Assembly: GCA_054661495.1 (NCBI GenBank)
Contig: BAAFSQ010000171.1
Span: forward strand, 1-21,721
Reading direction: 5' to 3'
Source: Zygophlyctis sp. KS116
Taxonomy: Eukaryota > Fungi > Chytridiomycota
Length of the DNA stretch: 21,721 nucleotides
Shown here: positions 9,171-19,123 of the stretch, piece after piece
Position numbering within the stretch: position 1 is the stretch's first letter
How the letters are laid out: each line of letters opens with the position of its first letter
The notes under the pieces: generated by a model
The model's input: only the letters and a program-made list of their open reading frames with translations
Databases searched by the model: none
What the model was told of the DNA's origin: nothing
Position numbers and translations under genes: made by a program

Positions 9171-10414
9171 CTAAAGTCATATTCTAAAAGAGATTGATCA
9201 AATGCTGAAGATATTAGACTATTTGAAGTTGCATATAAATTCCAAACTGGTGAAGTATGATTTTTTAGAGTGTACATGCAATATCCTGATTTTATATCCC
9301 ATACCTTTATAGATGTGTCGGCAGATCCGCTAATCACCTTTTCCTTGTCTATCAATAGACATATAACAAGTGAAGTATGTCCTGAAAGTACTCTACAACT
9401 TGCATTATTTGGATTCCATAGTCTTATGGTAGTGTCTTCTGATCCTGAAACAATGATATCGGAATTTAAGCATACGCATTGGACTGCTCCTGTGTGACCG
9501 ATTAGTACCTTTTTTAAAGTTCTAGTGTATAAATCCCAAATTGATAATGTATTATCTGCAGAACCAACTAGTATCAAGTCTTTATAAACAGCTAAACAAA
9601 TAATTGATGAAGAGTGCCATTTTAAAGTAGTCTCGCAGGATCTAGAGGAAATTCCCCAAATCCTAACAGTCTGATCTTCTGATCCGGAGATTATATAATC
9701 GCTTGTAATATGTAGGCAAGTAATTTCTTTTGAATGGCCCCGCAGTGTTTCCAAGCACTCTCCAGACCAGTCCCAAATTTTTACTGTTGAATCAACAGAT
9801 CCAGAAACTATGAAATTTTTGTTAAATTGAACTGAAGATATAGATGCTGTATGTCCAAAGATTCGAACCTTTTCTTTCCCTGTATGATAATTCCAGACCC
9901 TCCCTTGTCCCCTATCTCTGAAATTTAAAGATACAACCCATTGATCATCAAATGCTGTACATAATCCAGACGTGTCATCCGGATCAACTAATTGACGAAC
10001 ATATCGGACAGAAAAATTTCCCCTCTTCCAATTTTTGGCTGTTAGATAATGGAATTTAAAAATTCTATTCCAACGGGAGTGATTGAAAAGTGATTTACCA
10101 TAAAACCCATTTTTGTAACATACAGTCTTCCAGATCATATTTTCTCGAAGAATTCGATTCCATCTTTTGCATGTTAGGCGGCAGCAATTTAAGTCGTGAA
10201 TGTCAGAAACAAGAGAAAATACATAAACTAATATTTCATCTGGAATGGAGATAAATCTTTTCATTTGAGCTTCATAGATTCTCTTTTTTGCGAACTCAAG
10301 TTCTGAAAGACTTAAGCGATTGATTAAGTTTGTAATCAAATCAAGCCGTTCATCTTCAGATATTTTGACAAGATTTTCATATCTAAAAACCAGTTTAAAA
10401 TCATTCTTAGACAT
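9155..10414 (-). CDS. F-box/WD40 SCF substrate receptor (Cdc4/Met30/beta-TrCP-like architecture), 419 aa
   Basis: D-domain-like helix region, F-box (IPDEILVYVFSLV...LTCKRWNRI), and multiple GH...GS.D.T.KIWD repeats. Confidence 0.95.
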   Translation of the reverse strand: MSKNDFKLVFRYENLVKISEDERLDLITNLINRLSLSELEFAKKRIYEAQMKRFISIPDEILVYVFSLVSDIHDLNCCRLTCKRWNRILRENMIWKTVCYKNGFYGKSLFNHSRWNRIFKFHYLTAKNWKRGNFSVRYVRQLVDPDDTSGLCTAFDDQWVVSLNFRDRGQGRVWNYHTGKEKVRIFGHTASISSVQFNKNFIVSGSVDSTVKIWDWSGECLETLRGHSKEITCLHITSDYIISGSEDQTVRIWGISSRSCETTLKWHSSSIICLAVYKDLILVGSADNTLSIWDLYTRTLKKVLIGHTGAVQCVCLNSDIIVSGSEDTTIRLWNPNNASCRVLSGHTSLVICLLIDKEKVISGSADTSIKVWDIKSGYCMYTLKNHTSPVWNLYATSNSLISSAFDQSLLEYDFSHVED

Positions 10415-10478
10415 TATTTAATGCTAAAATAAGTTAAAATGGCTGCGTACGTCATTCATTGTTCTCAGCAGCTTGTCA

Positions 10479-12220
10479 CTAGGAAGATTGATTGTTTGAC
10501 TTTTCAGGCTCAGCATCAATAGATGTATCAAATGCTGCCGGGTTATGATGAATTTCTGTCATTATAGATGGTCTCAGACCGCTGGATTCCGACGCTAACA
10601 TTCTTCCCCGCCTTTGTACTAGCTCAGGGTCCGACCTGGAAATTCGCTCATTAGTCTGTAGTTGGGGGGCTATCTCCGTACTGGAGAGCCCCTCTGAAGA
10701 GCTAATACTTGATATAAGCATCCGTGCTATATCGCAATGTTGTTGATTTTGACATGTATCGCAATTTATGTAGTGCGAAACTAGTGATAAATTAAGTCCG
10801 TTCATCATGGTCCTTAATTCTGCTGTCGACTATTGTTTAGTTCTTGTATAACATACTGATATTCCATCTAATGACTCTGGTCCTTTGATGTACATGTTTG
10901 ATAAATAATCCAATACTTTATCCTGATATCTTTGACCCTTGGTTTCTTTCGAGCGCATTGTTTTTTGACTCGACACTCCAGATTCCTTATTTTGCTCCGT
11001 ATAGACGGACATCAGCTCATGAAAATAGGGCTGATCCCATTCTAATAAACCATCAAGATATGAAATTAATTCAATCGAATCATTTTTTTTCCATGCAGAT
11101 GTCAAAGTCCTTAAAAAAACAGCTGTAATTATTCTTATAAAAACATACCTGCTACAGCTGGAGGCTCGTTAATCAGTAGATATGCACAGCATAAACTAAG
11201 TTGCGGCCTTGCTGGCCAATCTTTACTCATGAGTGTAAATACACATGCTGCCAGGTCTGGAAGCCAATCCATAAAAACATTACGGAGAAGACGAGAAGTA
11301 TTTTCTACGGACCATCCTTGAGTCAGCCATCTCAATGCTAATGCGACTTGTCTGGGCTTATAATCTTTTATAATTCGTGATAGCCGAATAGAGGCCAGAT
11401 CTAGATTCTTTTCGTCCCGAATATAGGCGTAAAATGATGCTGAATATATAGTATCCATAGTTTTCATGCTCCAATCTATATCAATATGTTCAAATTTAGA
11501 TAACCAGCTCTTTTTGGTATTATCACTATTTAATTCAAGTGGCCCCATTTCTGGAATCACTGGAAGTGTAGGTATCAAAATGTTATCTAGAGATGGTGAT
11601 CTAGATGTGGGATTGGTAGAAGCTTGTGAAGTTGCAATCCTTACTGACAGCTCCGAATCGTTGGCTCTGTCCTGAGGATCAGATTCATCGGGCTCTAGCT
11701 CTGCATCTCTATTCGAAGGTGGGACATTTTGTATTTGATTTATATTAACATCGCTTTCTCGATTTGGATTAGTTGGCCAACTTTGTGTCCGACGATGCTC
11801 GTTTATATCTCCGTCCGAAGACAATGGAGGACTTCGGCTTTCTATAAAACTAGACCATCTAGAGGCTCTAGTTTGTAAGTTAGTAGGGCTTGTATGCTCT
11901 CTGGTAGCAGATACCGCATTTATAGCTAAAGTAGTCTCTGGAGACAACACCAAGGTTGGTGAGGGCGCACTGCCAACAGCTGGAGTATCAACTACTTCTG
12001 TTGTATGGTTTGGATTTGATGCAGCCATAGCTGCAGAGGCTACAGCTAAATGGGGATTGATTGAAAATGTGCCATATAGAGGATTGTTTGCCGACGTAGG
12101 GATATAGTATTTGCATTGTGAAGGAACTGCTGATATTAATTCATGATTATCTTCTGTTGCTATTCCCACTGATCTCAAAATGGAATTCAATGTAGCAGAT
12201 TTAAGCCGTCCGATTTTCAT
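10479..12220 (-). CDS. Uncharacterised protein, ~562 aa: disordered S/P/T-rich N-half, 16-aa helical Trp repeats, HCCC motif
   Basis: Exons 12220-11149, 11122-10857, 10829-10479; GTATGT...AG introns of 26 and 27 nt join three ORF-track pieces in frame (1689 nt). Confidence 0.8.
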
Positions 12221-12256
12221 TCGCTTATTTATTTCGCTTTGTTTACATACAAACAG

Positions 12257-14678
12257 TCACGGATGTAGGATTGTTGCAGATGCCAGTGATTCTTCAAATT
12301 TTGAGTTTGTCAACATGGCCTTTCCATTAATAAAAAAATCATACCTTAACAGACTCCCGAAGCATTTCTTTTCTAAACTCTCGCCATCTTTGATCTTTTT
12401 GAGATTTTACAAACTCTTTCCAAATCCTGACACATTTTCTTGGTATACTTTTTTCGGCAAACTTATTCGCGATGATATTGTTTAAATTTTGTCTCTTAAG
12501 TTCCTCCAATGTTTTAATTCTATTCTTTTCACTCCAAAGCCGATACCATCGTTTACAAATTCTGAATCTTGAATACGATTGAGCACTCTCATTGAGCGAT
12601 TGAATGCAATCCCATCTCTACTATATAAGTATTTCTTAAAATACATTTTTTAGTTTGCTCAAAAATGATTTATGAGTGCACGATTTCCTGAATTTCAGTG
12701 CGATATGTTCTCGTGCCAAATATTTGTCCGTAACTCTCTTCACCCATCGCATGTAAAAACGAATTTTCAGATGATTGAATTGAAAAGCATTTGAGCTGAT
12801 TATATCATGCCTAATCATTTGTCCCCATTTAATAAATGAAGATATCCCTTTTTTCTTCAATATCTTAAGATTGTAATGTTCCTTGGCTTTAGAGCTCAAT
12901 TCAATCATTCTGTTTTTTTCTGTGATTTTCCTCTGTTCTTCCTGTAGTATATTAGTATTTCAAAAGCTAGTACTTGAATAGCCAGCTGTTCAAGCCTCAT
13001 TTTCTCCTCATTTATCTTCAATTTATCTTGCTGTTCTTTCAGAGATTTTTCTAATTCCATTTCCTTTTTATTTTCCTATCAATTAATATTCACAATAAAA
13101 TAAAATACAATCCGTTCGATTTCTTTCTGCTTTTTAAGTTCTTCAATCATTTGTTTTCTCATCTGCCGTTGTGCATTTCGTTCATCCATACCTATAATTA
13201 AATTATTTATATTATACCTCTTAAGAATGAAAGATCGGCTTTGCCTCTTTTTGTAAAGGAGTTTAATCGACGTTTTGGAACTTCTTTCTGTACAATAGGT
13301 TCTTTTGGGACTGATTTTATAATTTTGGCATTAGAAATCGGTTGAGTTTGTTCAGGAGGAGAACAATCATCAGCTTGTATAACTTGCTCTAGCTGAGTGA
13401 TAAATTGTTTGATTTTATGAGACCTTTCTTCATGTTGCCTTTTCAATACACGGGCTATCTCTATTTTTTAATGAAGCTTTCAACGTTACTTTCATTCTGT
13501 ATAAATACATGCCATGCAAGAAAGACTTTTGATATAATAGTAGATTGATGATATGTAGTTGCTTTTTTTTCGAAGGCAACTTCTTTTTTCCTTCTCAGTG
13601 AAGTGATTTCAGCTTCTTTTTTATATTTATTCCATTTAATAGCAGTCTTCCATTTACCCCACACAGACTGGTATACTTTCCAATCTCTGAATCTGATATA
13701 CTTTTGTAAAACCTGAATGGATTCAATTGTTTCAAGTCTCCAAGTGATCACTGAAAGCCTCAATCTTCTCAAGCATATAAGCTTGAACTGCTCTTCTCCG
13801 CGAGCGATTGCAATTTCTAGCTTTCTTTCTGTTTCTTTTTTCTTTAAAGACTGAAGCGTAGAATCTCTATGTTGGATCTGCTTATGTCTAAGATATAAGA
13901 TTTTCTAAAATATACAGAATATCTCTCTCCATTTCCTTAAGATGAGCCTGACGTTTTAAGTCATACTCCGAAAGCTGAACAGAAGCATCCAGTACTTCAT
14001 TTTCTTTCTGTCTCTGCTGCTGAATATCTTTTGAGCGTTTACTATTTTTAGTCAAAATATGATCCTTACATATTCTCTTCTATTTCCAATTTCAGCTTTG
14101 CATTGCGTATTTTTTCCTGCTTTTCAAATAGTTTTCTTTCAAAGAGTTCTTTTTTTTGCAGAAGCTGGGTTTCTCTTCTTTCTCTGGCCATCATTTGTCT
14201 GGATATAAAAGGCCGTTCCGATCTCTATGGGTTAACGAAAATGTTTGATTACGAGATTAGTCGATTCCAGAACGTCTCTACCCAAGTTAATAGCACTTAT
14301 TGATTCAACTTTTAAGTCACGAATGATCTCTTTCACTATCCCGTCCGAACTTTCTTCCGATCCTTCACGAACCTTTGATCCATCCATCCACTGACTCAAT
14401 AAATTTCTGGCTTCCATAGTCACTTCATCAGAATTTACCAGCAGAATATTATTAAATTGAATTGATTCCATGCTTAGAGCTGATGCTTGTGACTCATTTT
14501 GGTAAGATCTTTCATAATGGCGATCGGCAGAAAAGAACCGACTGCCTTCATAATCAGCCAAAACTTGAACGGTATCCAGTCCGACATTAGACTCATATAT
14601 ATTCTTATTGGTACTTGAAAGTGCCGATTTGTTAGGTAACTCATCGCCCACTAAGTTTAGGGAGTTTTCATAAATCAT
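12257..14678 (-). CDS. CCDC191-like coiled-coil protein with Sfi1-like Trp repeats (probably centriole/flagellum-associated), ~721 aa
   Basis: Nine introns (14225-14252, 14042-14069, 13888-13915, 13461-13489, 13192-13217, 13076-13108, 12942-12973, 12618-12644, 12320-12344) give one open frame of 2166 nt. Features EARNLLSQWM, K/E/R coiled coils, repeated ..F.xW.. units, GMDERNAQR, and C-terminal RIWKEFVK...LRESVKAML. The gene structure is well supported; the family name is less certain. Confidence 0.65.
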
Positions 14679-14792
14679 ATTATTATATTGATTGCAGTAA
14701 CGATTAACCGGAGATTAAAGACGCGAATGAGTGTCTCCCCTGTAATTGTAAAGGAAATCAAATAATTATAAAGGAAATCAAAGACCTTATCA

Positions 14793-17700
14793 TTAGCTGT
14801 AGGCGGTATTGATGTTGATGTCCACATCAAAACATTCTTTCATGCATGCACCTGCTAATAAATTTAGAGTACCAACCTTTCCTTCTAAAGGAAGATCTAA
14901 AAACAACAGCCGAGCGAAATTCTCATTCGCTTCAAAGCTACGATCTGTTTCTGAAGGTTTGGGATTTTCCATTCCAACTTTTAGTATCGAATGAATCGGA
15001 GCTGTAGCTTTTGCGTTTGGTCTTTTCAAAGCAGGAGAAAAGTCTGAAACCTTTGATAAGGGATCGATTTGTTTCAAACTTGAATTAATTGTATCTGGAG
15101 GAGTGTCCCACAGTTGAGGATTTTCCGATAAAAGATGCAGCCAATAAGATCGGAGTGCGAGCTTAATAATTTTGGAGATGTCTATTACTTGATCTTTCCT
15201 AATTTTTGAGAGAGGGTTTGATTCATTAATCTTTGATATTACCAAGATACATTCAACCACTATTTGGCGCTCAGCTGGATCGACAATTTGATCTAAAATT
15301 GACTCTGTTTGAAGAGCTATCGGTTAGATAAAATAAAATATACCAAAATTTAATTCTTCTGGAGTCTTTTCAGATACAGTAGGATCACGAGGCAACAAAG
15401 CAGTTCCGATTAAGAGTCCCTGAGTCTTACTCAATAGTTGCCAAACATTAGGATAAAAATTTGCAGGAACACGACTAAGAGCACCATCATTCTTTCGTAA
15501 CCGTAGCCAGCGTCCATGAGATGGTAAGATAAACTTGAATCTAGATTGGCTATTCAATGATGAAGCGTAAACAAATACTGCATCATTACTGAATGATACT
15601 TTATGCCTTATTATTTCCGAAGGTCCTTCATCAGGGTCTGTCAAACTTTCCGGGACTTTGCCTAGGGCAGCCCCTTTTTCACCAATGATACACCACGAAG
15701 AACGATAAGATAACTTTCGAATACAAGAAGAGCCAATACTTTCACAAGCTTGCTTTGCAGATTCAGTGAGTGACTCAAAACAATCATCTTTACATACAAT
15801 CACCACTATGAATCCCGGCTCAATAATGTCAACCCATTTAGCAAAATCATCTGAGTCATCTTTGGAAGAATCTAAAGTTAAATTATCAAAAATACGAGTG
15901 TCAAATGTTCCCGTGTCTATGACTTGCCCATTGCGAGAATTGATCACCACCACATTCATTCCTCTTCCAAATATGATTTTGATGGCCTGAGGCCTGCCAT
16001 CAACCAAAATTTCCACATTGGCAAAATCACCAGATTTAAATCCAGCAGACTGACAAATGATTTCCATGGTACGAATCTCTTTTCCTTGGTCTTGATGATT
16101 GCTCAAAAAACTTTCGGTATATTTGTAATTATCAAGGACTTGTCCCAAAAGACTTTTCATTTCAAAAGGACTGAGCTAACTGTTAAATAAAATCATCTTA
16201 CCGCCATCAAGTGCTCTACAGATTCTACTTCATCACAGCCTTTCATACGGGATATTTCATCTCTCATGGCAACAATTATAAAGTGTGTTCTGATTCTGAT
16301 CATTCCAGAAAAGAGAGATTCATTTGAACGAATGTAAGAAGCCAAATATGTGATAATTTCTTGGACAAGGCACGAATACCTTATATCAGACACGCAGTGT
16401 CTATGAATAACATTAACTAAGTCTCTAGGTGTCATTGGAGAATCGATGGTATGAGAAGATTCGCGGGTTCCAATGGTAACAGGTTTCTTTCTAATTAAAA
16501 ATTCTGCGATATTTATCGAAAGATTGTTGACTACTTTTTTCAAAAGTCCTGCCGCTTGTCGCAGGATATTCCATTCACAAAGTCGATTAGCTATTACGTA
16601 TATCTCTTCAATAAGGTTGGAAAGTAGGCCAAGGCCTTCGACATTATATGATGGGCCATGGCAGGAATGTAGGTACTGAAGCAGATCGATCTGGTCATAT
16701 ATGTTTGAAGATTTCCTCAATATGTCAGTTGCCTCTTTGATGTTAGTTGGGTCGCCAAAGGAGAGAACTAAAACCGGGGATTCAATGTTTTTGGGTAATA
16801 ATTCATCTTCCTTAGATCCAGCTATAGCAGTATCAGATCCAGTTGAGTTTATATTTAAGCCAAGCCCGCTACCGGATATTCTCCTGATCGAGCGACCTCG
16901 TTTAATTGACCGTGATCTAACAGAGAAAGGGGCATTATCCAGTGATAGATTAGTGGTCACAATATTTTCCCTATATGAGCATAAAATAGAATGCCAGTTT
17001 TCCTGCTCAGAATTTGCTAAGAAGTCCAAACTTTCGATGCATGATGTATTTATCATTTCTGAGAGTCTACCTAAGCGAATTTGAACTCCTCCGCAAATTC
17101 CAGAACGCAACGACATCATGAAGTTGAAAAGATTTCTTTTGGTGGTTCTCCTTTTACTTTGGCTACTACGCAAACCAATCGATCCGAACATTTTGTCTGT
17201 TAACATGATAGACATTGTTGGTCTTCCAGGGGCAATCCAATTGTTTTTAATGAATATTAATTCTTGTTGGAATACGCTAATTAAGTAGTCATTGTCACTA
17301 ACAAGATAAAACTCTTCACTGTCCATGAAATATGGCAAAAACGAATATAATCGACCTTGGCATCTGTAAAGTTTTGAGGTACTCAATGAGCCTACAGGCC
17401 GAGAAGGTCGGCCACTCAGACCCTATACAGCTCACATTAAATATTCTTACCATTTTGCGATTTTCTCCTAGGACAGTTAAAGCGTCTCTTAGTGCAGATG
17501 GGGAGCTAATTGTTACTGGGTCACACTCCTGTATCAGCTGGGTTTCTAATCCAAATGTCCTTAGTGTGGATTGAAGTTCAGCGCTTTCAGAGAGAAGCAC
17601 AAGCTGAACAACAACGTCTTTTGCGCCCCTTCGATATCGTAGGTTTCTTCTACCAAGTGGGTCAATATCAGCAGGTGAAAGTAGGTTATCATGAATCAAA

Positions 17701-19109
17701 TTCCCAAGAATATATAAGCTTTGCGCCCAGACCAATGGTAAGTTTTCATTTGGGTATCGTCGTTGTGAGCCTGGCTCAGCTTTTTCAGCATTAACACTGT
17801 CTTTCGGAACAATATACAGTTCAGGCACAAGATTAAAAGGCTGTCGACTTGGCTTTAAATCTTCAAAACGAATTGAAGAACGGAGAGGGCTCATTGGAGG
17901 AGCTTCCAGCTCCTTAATATCTTCAGATTTCACCAGAATTGGTTCCAACTTTGCACGATATTCTTTAACTTGTGCGAAATCTTCTCGAAAGAGCCCCTCT
18001 AGAATCATATAGGTGAAAAATAATGGCCATTCAGACTCTATATTTTCAAATATTTTAAGTTCTGCTAGCTCATAATGTAGTCTTTAAATAAGAAAAACAA
18101 AAATCTACCTGCTGGTATTTTCCAAGACAGTTTGGTGCCCATCTCTTAAAAACCTCTTCATGCCATATTTTCCTTCTAATTTTTTGACGATCTCGTTCCT
18201 TGTTTTGGTAATCTTATCCGGATCATGTATCGCAAAAGCAGGAAATCCAATAACCGACAAAATTGCCCCATCAACTTCCTTTGACGGTGATTCAAAAGGT
18301 AGAGCAGTATAAAGAGTAATATAATTCCTGATGATCTCATCATGTAGGACATGAATCACTGACGATGGTCCACCTCTAGCACCAAATAAGTTGATTCCAT
18401 TGATCGCCTCGAGAGCAGCAACCACCTTTATTTAATATTTTACAAAGAATACCATTCCTATTGAAGAAGAATTCATTTCAGGTTGCCCATGATTTGACTT
18501 ATTTCCTTGGGATTATATGTCAGAATCTCTCACCTCGTTCCCAAATTCCATAATCCGGAGTTCTATAAGCTCTTTCAATATAAAAGACGAGATTTTGTAT
18601 AAAACTTACTTCATCCAGTGAGTAAATAATGTTCAGACCACTTGCCGTCATTTGAGCGAGAGAAAGTAAAAATAAAGAAGTTGCATCAATCTGCAAATGG
18701 CCCCATTCATTATCTCCTACAACAGTTGCACCTGTACTTGTATTAAATTTAGCATGCAAAGCATTTTGTATTAATTGAGCATTCTTGAATTTTTCTACTT
18801 TGTCCACTTGCCTCATCATACAAAACAATAGTCCACGCATACATTTTACAGTGGCATACTCCAGCTCGAATGATCTTCCATGGTCATCATCTATCCTCTT
18901 GTAAGCCAATGCAAGTCCCCATACGCAATAAATAGAGTAAACGTTATCTCTCACCCAAGCGTCCCGATAGTCACCGTGAGTCAATACCGCAACAGAAGCC
19001 TTGGAAATCAGTCAAAAACTCATACCGGAATCAGCCCAGTTGCAGGATTCTGCTTTTCTAGAATGAACTTTTGTACTTGCCAATAATATTCTTCTAATTT
19101 ATCTCGCAT
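14793..19109 (-). CDS. Phosphorylase kinase alpha/beta-like protein (GH15-like domain) with inserted ILEI/PANDER domain, ~1367-1375 aa
   Basis: Introns 19000-19025, 18506-18533, 18426-18452, 18082-18108, 17423-17450, 16176-16201, 15317-15343 (plus probable 15872-15895) give a continuous frame. Motifs [86 protein letters not shown]. Confidence 0.93.
15640..16067 (-). other. ILEI/PANDER (FAM3/GG-type) domain within the PhK-like protein
   Basis: SAGF..G...I.VDG...[10 protein letters not shown]...G.V....FDT...[10 protein letters not shown]....LT..AK.....[17 protein letters not shown] is the FAM3/POMGnT1-stem consensus pattern. Confidence 0.85.
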
Positions 19110-19123
19110 TTATTAGATAAAAT

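Noticed and set aside
14749-14782. 14-bp direct repeat TAAAGGAAATCAAA in the PhK/CCDC191 gap
   Set aside because: Short, AT-rich, two copies only; no evidence of function.
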